The notes beneath the pieces were generated by a model that worked only from the letters and a program-made list of their open reading frames with translations, was not told where the DNA came from and ran no database searches. The translations under genes were made by a program, and so were the position numbers. From Cycas panzhihuaensis (Eukaryota > Plantae > Cycadophyta), in NCBI GenBank assembly GCA_023213395.1, contig CM041465.1:205289741-205353740 (forward strand): a DNA stretch of 64,000 bases. The letters run 5' to 3'. Positions 39,878 to 53,372 of the stretch are shown here, one piece after another. Numbering within the stretch: position 1 is the stretch's first letter; each line of letters opens with the position of its first letter.

Positions 39878-41245
39878 TGATATCCATATAGGGTTAAATC
39901 GAAGCTACTATGGTAAGGTAAAGATCCTCTCAATTAGGTTTTGAGCTTATTGAGCTAAGTTTCTCTTGTATATAGTCATCTTCTAAGTAGGTAAAAGGGT
40001 TTGAAGATATATACCAAAAAAAATTCAAGAAACAATGACAAATTTAAAATGAATTTACTCATCCTATAAATCTTCGGTGGTTAGATTACAGATTTTGGGG
40101 CTATAAAGAAAGGATTGCAATAGATTTAACTTTTGTCTACTTTTCGTCACCAATCTTGAAGATAGATTTGGTACATCAACTTTGAACAACTATAACTTTA
40201 TCTATAAGTATCCAATTGACCTCTTTTTTTCTTTTTTCTTTTTTTTAATTCTATGCATTTTTTATCTACTTTCTAATGGAAGTGGTTTTATTAATTAGAG
40301 GCTTAAGTAAAAAGCTATCAATATTTTATCAGAGGATACTTTTTTCTATCCAAAAACCCTAGGATAAACTCTCCTTAAAAGGGTCATAACTCTTGTTACA
40401 GATATATTTTTGTAAGATGGTAAAGGAAAAAATATGTTTGGTTTAAATTTAAGTAAAAATTACTTATTTATGATATATTAAAGGCTCTTAAGAACCCCTT
40501 TTACACTTATGAGAGTTCTTCCTTATAAAATCACATATGGTATTTGCTTGTTGGTATCTGTATTATTGATTTTTAGCAAATAATGCTTCATAAAAGCATA
40601 TTTTCTACTCTTATCTTTGAAGGACCCACAAATTGGTTATCTCAAAAGAGAATGAAAGAACTACAAATTAGTTGTCTCAATTATGAATGTAGCTACTCAA
40701 TTCATTTATTAGGTAGACTTATTCTTGAAATAAAGTTGATTGCTTAATTGAACCATGTATCTAAAGGAGGTTCATATTCAATTAGCAATTACAGTGGTTG
40801 GTTATCCTTGTATTCTAGTAGATGGACTTTCCTTAAAATAGACTTCAATAGATTTCATTTTTAGCTTGTATATACAACTAGTGACATATGGAGCCAATCT
40901 TTAATTGTTCCAATAAATTTCTATATAATGCATAGATGTGACATTAAATATTATAGTGGGGAGGGAGGGGGGGTGGGTTTAAAACATAATGTTTAATATT
41001 GATTTATGTATCTTGATAAGTGTTCCTCTTAACTCTCATAAGTATATTTTAATGTAATATTGAGATGTGTGCATGAGTGTATAGCTATTTATGTAAACAT
41101 CCCCAGTGGTAGACTTAAGGGTTCTCTTATCTTATTGGTCAAGTTTGAGGTCAAATGTATTATAAGTATGTATTCATACCTAATGTAATAATTTGTAAGG
41201 TGATCATTTTCCTATATATTTGTTGTCTTTTGTATTGTACATATT

Positions 41246-42296
41246 TCATCTTTTGTAAATTTCATTTATTATTTTATTTTTAATCCTCATACTTATATCA
41301 TAGAGTTTATTCATATTTTTCATTAGGGTTTCAAAAACAATCTTTGAATCTATATATTTTAACATTTCTATGTCTTTCCATGGTGGTTGTAACCTCTTTT
41401 TGACTTTATTAGCATTTGTACATTCAAAAAGTTGATTTACAAAACTCAAAATTAAGTCCCATTGATATTAAATGAGTGTGAGATTACATTAACATGCATT
41501 TCATTAATTTTGAGTTGCTTTTAGTTTCCAAAGTAATGTAACATTGTCACAAACTCACCCACAAAAAGCTTAGATAAAATGTTTATCATAAATCTCCTTT
41601 TTCTATTATCATTACCAAATTTAATTAGATTGGAATTAATTTTAAGGTCTGACCATTGAATAAGAGCTTTTGGTCTATATGCATTGTTATTTTTTAATGA
41701 GGTCTCTATATAATTAGCCAAATATATTTAAAGTCACTTGTATAAGTTGTTAGTGGTCACCAAAATCTATGATGAGAGTTTATGAACTTTGACAAGCTCA
41801 CTTTATAATATTATATTAAATTGAAAAAGAGATAGCATCAAGTAAATGACTAATATAAGATGCCAAAGATAAATGGTTAGAATACTTCTTTATTAAATAT
41901 CATCATTTAATACTAAATATTAAAGAAAACTTCTAAACTGATATACATAAGAAACCCTATTATGTAATTTCAAAATTGATCAAGTTGTAGCTAGAAGACA
42001 ACCATGACTACCTCACAATGATGTTGATATAGTAAGATTATAATGAACATAATTCATGTATCTAGACAAGGTACATCCATTTAAATAAAGAAAAAAACTT
42101 GTGCTACTTTTGGAAGTAAGAATATGAGCCATTTTGAATAAGATTACCATAGATATTAATTGTACCATGATAGAGATATGGAGGATGATTGGTCTTAATT
42201 CTATCTTACATCAAATAAAGACATATGTATGATCTTCATTGCTTATGAGGGATATATTTAATAAGTATAACATTCTCAAAAGTTATTTTTCACCCA

Positions 42297-42357
<61 letters not shown>

Positions 42358-43370
42358 TAAATTTCATTATACGACATTGAAAATTTTACTAAGTCAAGGG
42401 TGTGCTCTTATATTTTTTCGTATTTATACCCTTATGTATTGATACACCATCTTTTGGTGAATAGGAAGATCTTCACCATCTATGTAGATTTTTGCTTAAT
42501 TTCTACTCTCTAAAGCATTACTTTTATCATCAAATTTTATAATGGCATAACATCATGTGAGCATATATCAAGTTATCATTTCATTAAGAAAATCATTGAA
42601 GTAGATGGTGGAATGATATAAAAATTAATTAGTGTTTAGACACATTTATATTACATATTTAGGCATATATATTTTAGGTTTATATGTATTTTTTTTAAAT
42701 TATAATCTTTTACTAAACTTTATAGATCAAATTTTAGGGGTTTCATAACACTATTTGACTTAAAAAATACATCAAATAAAATGAAAATGATATAAAATTT
42801 AATTATAGGGCTCATTAATAAGCTTATCAATTAATATTAATATAAAATTCATTGATATTAAAAATTTCTATGGTTTTTTTTAATAATATTTTAATTTTTC
42901 TTATATACTTTACTCAATGTGTTATAAACCTACATCTAGAATGGCTAACTTGACTAATTTCTTTAGGATTTATTATAGATAAAGTAGACATAATAGATAG
43001 TGGATATAAATTTATCATTATTGACTTAGATATTTAGGTTTCGCACCTACCTAGGGCATCCCATCAACTATAAACTCTATTTATTTAGTTGTAATTAAAA
43101 TTTTTTTCTATTCCAAAAGTTGGCTTACCACATTTAGTATAAGAGGCTCTATTGTAAGTATTGAATATAATCATTTTAGTTCAGTTGTCTTATGCACCTT
43201 TGAAACTATTGATGGGAATCTCTCCCCATTTTAGGATTGATATCTGGCATTAAAACTTAGTTAGGTGGATAAAAATCACTCATGAGTTTATTATTTTAAG
43301 TTTTAAGATGTGATCTGATAGTTTGTATCGAATTGATTAGGTTTTATCTTTAGATTCTACTCATATTAAT
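41246..43370 (-). pseudogene. Putative endogenous +ssRNA virus element EVE-A, copy 2
   Basis: Minus strand, in order: FIVDGMP/G..(K)T 43037-43075; IFNINEFY (Walker B region); CYETPKI (motif III-like); YIC/KYVI*MCLNT..PPSTSM about 42600-42670 (YRCPxDV...LN...STS); DDKSNALESR 42505-42531; VYQY/GYKYEKI 42415-42448 (TVHExQG). The downstream ORF fragments 41246-41721 may be the RdRp N-terminal region (weaker evidence). Confidence 0.62.
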
Positions 43371-43383
43371 ATATGTATATCTG

Positions 43384-43427
<44 letters not shown>

Positions 43428-45732
43428 GATATAAATACACACACACACACATATATATACATACATACAAACAGATAAATAGATAAATATACACACACAC
43501 AAACATATATATGTGTGTGTGTGTGTGTGTGTAAAATATCTTCTAAATAGATTATTTCTCTTTAAGGAGAAGAAACTCTAAAAAATAATGGCTCCTCTTA
43601 AAAGAACAAAGAGACTAAATAAACTCCAAAATCTTAAGCTTCTAAATGACTTAGCACTTATTATATATGGTTGTATATCCCACCAAAATCCTATGTTGTT
43701 TTAGGATAGGTATAACCCTAATAATAATCAATAATTTAAAGTGAAGTTAGCCTTCTAAAATCTATATTTAAGACTACAAACTTTAAACTAGTTTAATTTC
43801 CTTATACAATGTTTATTTACTGCTTATGATTACTTATTTCAAAGCCAATGGAAAGATCTATGCCATGGTCCATCTTTTATAAACTAATTATATATATTTT
43901 AAGATCATAATCATAAAATAATAAATTGTTAAATCAAGAAACAAGATCTAAATCAATATGCATACAGTCAAATATACTCAAGAAAGTAGATCAAACATCA
44001 AATATAAAGCTAAATATGTAATGCAAATTCACTATGGATAAATTGGTTACATCATGCATCTCTATTTTGGCAGAGATTCTACATGTAATATTCTCCAATA
44101 TATAAATGAATGGTACAATGCTTAATTTATAATCATACAACATATAAATACAACAATGTCATTAGTTGACATATCAACAAAGGTGGCAGACTTGAGCAAT
44201 ATTTATATTATGATTAAACTTATAATGAGGAGTCATACTTATGTACATGATTACAAATATATATAAATTATAAATAATGAATGGATCATTAGATATTTTA
44301 ACACCCTTCCTTTATAACAACTTTATTACATTTGATGCTAAGGTCATGATAAAACTATTTAAACTTTGATTTACCAAGTGCTTTGGTGAAGATATTTGTA
44401 ACCTAGTCCTTAGATGGTTAGTAAACAAGATCTACGTCTATATTTTAAATATGTTCATATATAAAGTAATGGTAGACCTCTATGTGCTTGGTTCTAACTT
44501 GGAAAATTGGATTGTTTGTCATCTTCAACACACTTTAGTTATCACAGTAGAAAATGGTGGGTGTAGTTTGTTGAAGTCTAAGCTATATAAGAAACCTTCT
44601 AAGCCAAATCAACTTTGTAGTGGTATGGACCACTACTTTGGATTTGGCTTTAGTGGAGAAAAGAGCAATATTTGACTAGTTCTTATAACTCCAAGAGACT
44701 ACTATTGAAACTTATAATATTATCTTCATTACCATGTAATTTACATATATATCTATATTATAAGTGACCCTTATTTGTAATTCAACTATAATTTGTAAAT
44801 GTGTTGAGTTTATCGCTTGTGTCGATATGTCAGCTAATTATATTATTGTAAACTTTGGTGGTACATTTATAAATTAAGCCCCACTTACTTCATTTGTATA
44901 TTAGATTCATTTGTAATACGAAAGCTCTACCAAATTTAAGCTTCACAGTGTGATAAATTCACCAGTGAACCTTTGCATATCTCAATTATGTTCATTTTAG
45001 CTTATTTAGTTCATTATTTTAATAGTTTACATTGTATTTTGATGGAATCATGTAGTATTTAGATCCTAAAGTAGGTTTTTCATGGTATTAGAGCCATTAC
45101 ATGCTCTATTTAGTGTTTCATTGAGGAGTAAGTGAGAAACATAGGTCTATTTATCCATAATGGCACGTTATTCCCATATTTTTTTCAAGTTTTTTCTCAA
45201 TATTGGGTGGCCTCTAATTAATCTAAAGCCACTATTTGCTAAGTTTTAAGCTTGTTATAGACCACACAACTCACAATTCAATTTTTGGTTGAAACGACTC
45301 TGTTTTGGCCTCTTTTTCAACCCTAACTCATTCGTGTAGGCTATAACTTGCCTCTAAACAAAGTTTTGTCAATTCTAAAAGTCCTCTAAGGCTACTTAGA
45401 CCCTATTGTAAGTAATTTCATAGAATTTTATAAGTTTTTTTAGCTATTTATAACCCTAGGTATCTGTACAACCTCCATGATCTACAATGACTTTGTTTAA
45501 TGTTATTTCTTACTATTAGAGCTCTAAAATAACCTAAATATAGGTGCCACAATTAATAGAAGTGATCTAGAGTAAGTTTGAATGAAAATGATTGAGATTT
45601 GGGCCTTAGTGAACCACACAAGTTGTCCATTTGGCCATTCAATCTGTCCATTAGTCATGGAACTTTATGACATTCCTATTAATTATTTTTTGATATCTCT
45701 TAACTTTATTTTTTATAAGATTAATTTATATT

Positions 45733-48700
45733 TGAAAGAGGTTAATGTATCAAGGTTATTTGTGTAGATTAATTATGTGACCTTATGATATATTATTAGC
45801 ATTAGTCTCTTAATGAAATGTACTTTATGTATATTTAGATGTAATTTTAGGTTCATAGCATAAGGTAAGAAAATCCTAACCCTAATACTCACCCTCAATA
45901 ATAAAAGGTGAAATCTCAAGGAGAGAGTCATTATTCATTCTCACCTCCACGCTTGCTCTCATATCTTGTTTCATCTTCTTTTTTATTCTCCATTGCTATT
46001 ATGTGCATGTGAGTGATTTATCTCCTAGATCCATCTTTCCTTCATGTGGTATCATAGCTAGAAGAGGATCTATTCACTCCATTCCACTTGCATGGAGTCA
46101 TTTTGCCTCTCCTTCACCTTCAATGTGAAGTATTGATAGTGCATTCATTATTTTTTAACATTTTAAGAGATTAAAATTATAGTATTTTGCATGTTGTTAC
46201 TTTGTCCATATGTGAAGAAATTCAGAGGTAAAGAATATAGGTTTTTAAAGCCATTCAGCTGCTGGAACAATCCCGGTAGCATGAAAGGCCTAAAATTTCA
46301 TAAACATTCGCCCATCTCAGAATTTGATGAAATTTGGCATATAAGGTCACCTTGACCAGAGGATCATTTTTTTCTTATGGAGAAACTTTAGATGTAGCCT
46401 GAAATAGTGAGTTTTGGCTGTGATAAAAGGGTAAATTTTGTGAATAAGTGATTTATAGCAATTTTCCTAATGAAATTTAATTATAAGCTGAAGATATAAA
46501 AGTTTTATTAAGGGATCTGATAGATTTATGTCTTAAGATAATTTTAAGATAAATCTCATCAAATTTCATCTACTGGTTAGTGAGATCTATACAGTTTTCT
46601 CACGGTTGTTGATTTTGCCTACTCAACCCCACAAAGGATATTGCAAGGGTATTTTGGGCAACGTTTTGGCAGATTTTGTAGATGGTGCAAAAGGGAAAGT
46701 TAATGTACGTGTCAAAATATAACTTATAATATATTGAAGTTTAGATTCTGAGACAGTTGATCTAGCATGATTTTACTTTGGTGTTTTTTCGAGTAGAAAT
46801 GTTTTTGTGCCTTTTCTAAAATTTAACTTCACAACTCTATCATAAACAATATTTTAAACATTTTTCCCTTCTGTCATAAATTTATATTTCATCATTTAGG
46901 CCTTCATATTTGTAATTTTTAAAAATTTACCCATTTATCATTATTTGTAAATTTTGTGAAAAAATCACAAAATAAAGAAAAATAGCATGCATATAGATTT
47001 AGAAAAATCATCATTTTAGTGGCAAGTTGATCCACTTTTTAGCCCATTGTGGCTTTTTTATTAAAACTTCTAAAATTATATTTGGAAACATTGTACTAAA
47101 GCAAGGGAAACCTTGGATCGAAAGTAACATCCAGTTCCCCTACTAAATCTAGTATGCTTTTTCTATTTGCATACATAGCATAAAGCATCATAAAAGCAAC
47201 AATAATAATAAAGCATCACAAAAGTAGCAACAATAACAAAACATTACAAAAGCAGCAATAACAACAAAGTAAGCACAAAAAGCAAGTAAGCACATTTGGC
47301 AAGTTTCTATTTCAGTTTTCAATTATATGGAAACATCTTACACTATTCCTAAAAGGAATGTCATCTGTATGATCTATACTGCTAGTTCTTGACTTGTGCA
47401 CACACTCACCTTGGTTGAAATAGACTAAGGTTGGTCGAAGTCCATGCCTAAGGGAGGTGTGAGTTTCATACTGGGTCTGGTCTTAACCGAAATAGTGGTG
47501 GAGGGATAGATTAGCCATACCTATGGCTTTCAATCAGGGATAATCCTGATAACCACCCAGAAAAACTAAAAACTTTAATGTAAGATTAAAATTAACTTAG
47601 TCCAATATCTGTCATAGCCGTGGGATACATAGTACCATTTGACTCTTTGAAGCAGATATAGAGCTGCTCATTGGTGAACTGGGTGAGGATTGAGAGTACC
47701 TAGTCTCCACTGTGACTTGGATTTCATCACCAAGCATAGGTGCGGGTATCATAGGTAAAGGCCCTAATCGTATACTAGAAGCCTTAGGCATTGAAACCTC
47801 ACCTATATTTGGACATAAGTGAGAGGTTAGTGGCATGACACATCACCACTCTTTGTCAGCTCCACATTAGGCCTCATTCTTACATCATTACTTATATTCA
47901 TTTTTTTTATATATAATTTTTAAAAAGTACTTAATCATTGCTTACTTCTCATCATAACAATCATTTCTACATCCCTACTGTGCCAGGTGTACTAGCCACA
48001 CACGTTAGTGACATATACTTCTATCATCTCTTCTACTTCTTTATCATCACCATGTCATCTCAATTCAAGCAAAATGTTAACTGCATATTGAAAGGCAAAG
48101 AAAATTGGGATATATGATACACTAGAATTAAAAATGCTACAAAGTATAAAGGCCTTTGAAGAGCCCACTTGCAACCTACACCTAACATACCAGCAATGAC
48201 TACAATAGCTACTTCTAGTAGATCTGCCCCAACAACTCCTACAGATGCTGCAACTAAACTATAATGGGAGATAGATGATGAAAAGATTCGTGTAGGAATT
48301 ATGTTAGTCATTAATCACTCCTTGCATAACTTGATAAACAAAGAGGAATATGATACATCCTGGAAGGTCCTAGAAGTTCTTAGAAAGAACTTTGATATAA
48401 AGTCAGATTTAGAATTTGTTCATCTCATTTTGAAAATGAACAAATTAAAAATGTAGAAGGGATAAGCTCATGAGACAATAAATCTCCTTCGACCAATCAA
48501 ACAAGCAATTGACAAAGACTTTAAGACCTAATGCATCACTTGGGCATTTTTGATCCAGTCATGTTTACATGTCCCTGATTATAAAAACTTGCTTAGAAGT
48601 CTTCAATCTAGTGGAACATTGAAGACACTCAACTTCGAAGCACTTACCGAGAAGTTCATAGAATTTGGCAAGACCTTTAATACAAACTTTCTAGCCTCTG

Positions 48701-51700
48701 ACTCTCTTCCAAATGCATCCGTTAAGCTAGAAGAAGAAGTTTGCTACATAAAAAATCAAGTCCCTCTCATGGCAGAGGAAATAACTGAGCAAGAGGAAGA
48801 GGAAGAAATATAGAAAATCATCCACAAGGTCAATCATAACCTCAATAGTTTCAAGGCAAATGGCCAACTCAACAAAGAGTAAGACAGTCAAGCCAAACCA
48901 GTACTTCTTCAGGGACTAGTAATCAAACTATTATGTGTGATTAGTGTAACTGTAAAGTACACTTAGTAAAAGATTATAGAACTGCCACTTATAAGTTAGC
49001 CAAGTTCCAATCAAAACATGGAGCTCACAATGTTAAAGAAACTTGTGAAGAATCCTTTAGTGGTGCAAGTTTTGTATAAGTATACGTTCAAAAAATTGAG
49101 AGATCTTTAGCATCAAATACCATTGACCAACCAAAAAGATACTTTGAAGTTCATTGTGGATATATCACTTGTGAATTCCCTTCACCAATGCCAAGCCCTA
49201 TTAGAATTGCCAATAGTGTGGCTTCAATCGATGGACAATGGATCATGGACACAGGAGCAATTCAATATATGACATGCAATCATAGTCTATATCAAACATT
49301 TGACTCAAATGTTTATGGAGTTATTCACACAGCTGATAAATCACAACAACCTGTTGAAGGAATTGGTAACATTCACCTGAAACTTCTAGGCTTAGAAGAT
49401 TTTACATTGCTTGATGTCTTATACATACCGAATCTCACAACAAAACCTACTCTCTTTATCCATACTTATTCTCGTGGATTTAATCTGAGTGTAACCATAA
49501 ATAACCAAACTCTCTAGGTTATTTACCCTCCAACTAACTAGGTAGTTTTGATTGGACATATCTCTAGTAAACTCTCTCGATTGAATGGCTCTTCATCTTC
49601 TAAAGCCCATTGTGCCCAAAGCCCTTGTGCCGATGAAGAATTTACATTTAATTCCATCTTGCCCCATCCAACATTGTCATTAGAAGCTCTTTGGCATACT
49701 CGCATGGGCCATGTTCACATTGATAAACTTAGAGATCTTTTTAACACTCTTCCAAACCTTCCAAAGTTTTCCTCTAAGCCCTTTAAATATGAAGCTTGTA
49801 TCATTGCCAAATCTCATCGATAACCCTTTCCCAAAAGTTAGTGGAAATCAAGCCATCTATTACAATTAGTATACTCTAATTTATGTGGGCCAATGCCCAT
49901 TCCTTCACTAAAGGGCAAGCTATATTACATCTCTTTCATTGATGATTTCACTAGAAAAGTATGGGTAGCTCTTCTATACAAGAAAGATGAAGCATTCTGT
50001 ATATTCAAGGAATTCAAAGCCCTCACTGAAAAAGAGTCAGGTTATCAACTCAAATGTCTTCGAACTAATAATGGTGGCAAATATACCTCACATGAGTTTG
50101 AAAGCTACCTTCGAGACAATGGCATCAAGCATCAAACAACATTAACAAGTACCCCATACTAAAATGGAGTTACTAAATGCATGAACAGGACAATCATGAA
50201 CATGGCTTATGCTATGTTAATATACAAAAATATACTTGCCTATCTATAGGATGAAGCAATATGGATAGTTATTTATTGTATCAATGCTATTAACTCATCA
50301 AAGGAAGTGTAATCACCTAATGAAAAGTGGTTAGAATGAGCCTCCATTGCTCACTACTTTAAAATTTTTGGCTCTACATGCTATGCCCACATTCTGGATA
50401 TATATCGAAATAAACTCCAGCTAAGGACACTTAAAGGCATCTTTGTTGGATACCCTATGGATAAGAAAGGGTATAAGGTCTTCATACCTTCAAAATGAAA
50501 AATCATCATTACCAGAGATGTCATTTTTACAGAGACAGAGGATTAGTTACTTAAATTAGACTCCAAAGTACCCTCACACTGCTTCAATCATATTATCAAG
50601 TATGATGTTCAAATTCCAAAATTTAGGGAAGGGGATAGACATATATTACTTTAAATGTTGGAAGCTAATAATAGAGCCTTGGAGGATATAAGTTGTGACT
50701 CTGAACTGATGAGTGCACATCTAGCACCATCTTTTGAAGATAGCAGAGTTGACAAAAGCAAAGCTATTATAGAAGAACCATCCTCTCCACCTTCATTTGA
50801 TAAAGATAAAACAGTGGTAGAAGGACCATCTTCCTTAAGCGCATAAACATCCTCCTCAAAAAATAATCATTTTGATAAACAAGATGAGAACTAAGAAGTT
50901 GGGGAAATGAGGACTTCATTCCCAAATCGAGGATCTCGAGAAGCCCGCCAACTCAATAAGGATATATAACTAGATGAGGTGGGAAAAACTAGTACTCAAA
51001 GTGCCGATAGAGCAAGGATATAGGAATCATTATATACTAAGCTTGAACTAACAGAATTGCACCTTACTCTTAATGAAGAGCCCTTAACGTACCAAGAACC
51101 TATAAAGCATACAGCTTGGAGAAATGGCATGAAAGAAGAGTACCAATCTCTTATCAAGAACGGTACATAGGAGCTCGTTGATCTACCACTTGGCAGAAAA
51201 GTAGTTCAAAATAAATAGGTGTTCAAAAACAAATATAGATCAGACGACACCCTTGAAAAACACAAGGTGAGGTTAGTAGCTAAAGGATTTACACAAAGGG
51301 AAGGCATTGGCCATACTAAAATCTTTGCACCTATAACCAAGTGGCCTATAATTAGAACTCTTATGGCCTTGGCTACTCAACAGGGTTGGAAAATCCACCA
51401 ACTCGATATTAAGACCACATTTCTCAATGGAGATCTTGAAGAAGAAATTTACATGGCTCAACCAGAAGGATATGAGATCGAAGGTCAAGAGCATAAGGTT
51501 TGCAGGCTTAGAAAGTCCTTGTATGGCCTTAAACAAACCCCTCACGCTTGGTTTACCAAGTTGTCTGAAAGGATGAGGCAACTTAGATACGAGGTTTGTG
51601 ACTATCAAGATATTGATGCAGCATTATTCATCAAGCACCATAAGGATAAAGTCACTTATCTTATAATCTTTGTAGATGACATGCTAGTAACAGATAATAG

Positions 51701-53372
51701 TGAACAGGCAATAAGCCAACTAAAAAAGGACCTTAGCAAAATGTTCAAATTGTCTGACCTCTGTTTGATGAAATATTACTTGGGAATTGAAGTAATATAA
51801 AAGAATGGAAAATTTTTTATCTCCTAAGAAAAATACACCAATGATCTTCTAACCAAGTTTTAGTTAGAAGATGCTCGACCAGTGATGTTACCTATGGACC
51901 CTAACACCAAACTCTCATCTGAAGGTGACACTAGGGAGGCAGACACAACACTCTATAGGAAACTTGTAGGTAGTCTCATCTACAATACCAATACAAGACC
52001 AAATATTATACACTCTATCGGTATTCTTGCTCGTTACATGACAAATCCTAAGTAGAATCATTAGCAGGCAGTAGTGCAAGTGTTGAGATACCTTAAGACA
52101 ACCAACAAATATGGTCTGTTATATGAACATAATCCAAACTTTAAGCTTTCTGCATACATAGACTCAAACTTTGTAAGAGATAAAGATATAGGAAAATCTA
52201 TGTCTGGGTATGTAATGTTCTTGGAACAGCACCAATATCATAGAGATCCAGACGATAGAAGATAGTTGCATATTCAATCTACTGTGAATACATCACGCTC
52301 GAGACCAATCAAGAGGTGATATGGCTAAGAAAATTATTGGAAACATTGAATATCATCCAAACAAGTCCTATGAGTCTTCATGTGGATAATCAATCAGTAA
52401 TCTGCATGGTAAAAAATCTTGTATTTCACGATCATACCATACACATAAGTATGAAAGTCCACAGGATTAGGGAACTTATTTATGACAGTATAATTCAATT
52501 GGATTACTGCCCCACAATAGATCAAGTGGCTACTATCTTCACCAAACTACTACAAAAGGTGAAGTTTGAACAGTTCTAAAGGCAGCTCAGCCTTAGGGCT
52601 TCCATCTTTGATTGATCAAAGAAGATGGAAATAGGATCATTATACTTTATTCTCTTCGTGAAAACCCCTTGTAGGTGCAGAAGAATAAGAGTAAGTCTTT
52701 GCTCTATCCTCTTTGTGAAAACCCCATGTGGGCACGGAAGGATAAGGGTTGTACTTATTTTGGAAAATCAGAACTTGTGAAAACCCAAAAGGGCATAAGG
52801 GATGACTAAACAGTATATGGAGACTTAGCAGATTAAGTTGCACATTTAAGCTACTTAGCTATCAGGCTACATCAAAGAGCCACCTTAGCCATTTTGATTT
52901 ATAAAATAGGCTATAGATCTTAGAAAGTTTATGGGTTTTTATTCCCCATGAGGGTTTTCCTACAAAAGTGTTATTTAGAATTTCAATGTAATAATGAGGC
53001 TCAAACGAAGACCTTGTAGAATAGATTCTCTCAAAATGACCTTCCACTATTACTAGAGGGATTGAAAGAGGTTAATGTATCAAGGTCATTTGTGTAGATT
53101 AATTATGTGACCTTAGGATATATTATTAGCATTAGTCTCTTAATGAAATATACTTTATATATATTTAGATGTAATTTCGAGTTCATATCATTAGGCGGGA
53201 AAATCCACAATAATGCTCACCCTTAATAATAAAAGGTGAAATCTTAAAGAATGAGTCATTATTCATTCTTACTTCTAAGCTTGCTCTCATATCTTATTTC
53301 ATCTTCTTTTTCATTCTCCATTACCATTGTGTGCATGTGAGTGATTTATCTCTTAGATCTATCCTTCCTTCA
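45733..53372 (+). mobile_element. Full-length decayed Copia E3 (LTRs 45733-46044, 53063-53372)
   Basis: TG..CA LTRs, perfect TSD atatt (45728-45732, 53373-53377), PBS tggtatcatagc at 46047-46058, PPT tagagggat at 53054-53062. Confidence 0.96.
48052..52600 (+). pseudogene. gag-pol of E3 (gag, CCHC, PR, GAG-pre, INT, RT, RH) with stops and frameshifts
   Basis: WIMDTGA, LWHTRMGH, FIDDFTRK, LRTNNGG, KVRLVAKG, QLDIKTTFLNG, SLYGLKQ, FVDDML and DNQSVI occur in Copia domain order. Confidence 0.95.

Noticed and set aside
41246-41721. Terpene synthase similarity of the two minus-strand ORFs
   Set aside because: No DDxxD motif or exon structure, and the segment is colinear with the helicase remnant.
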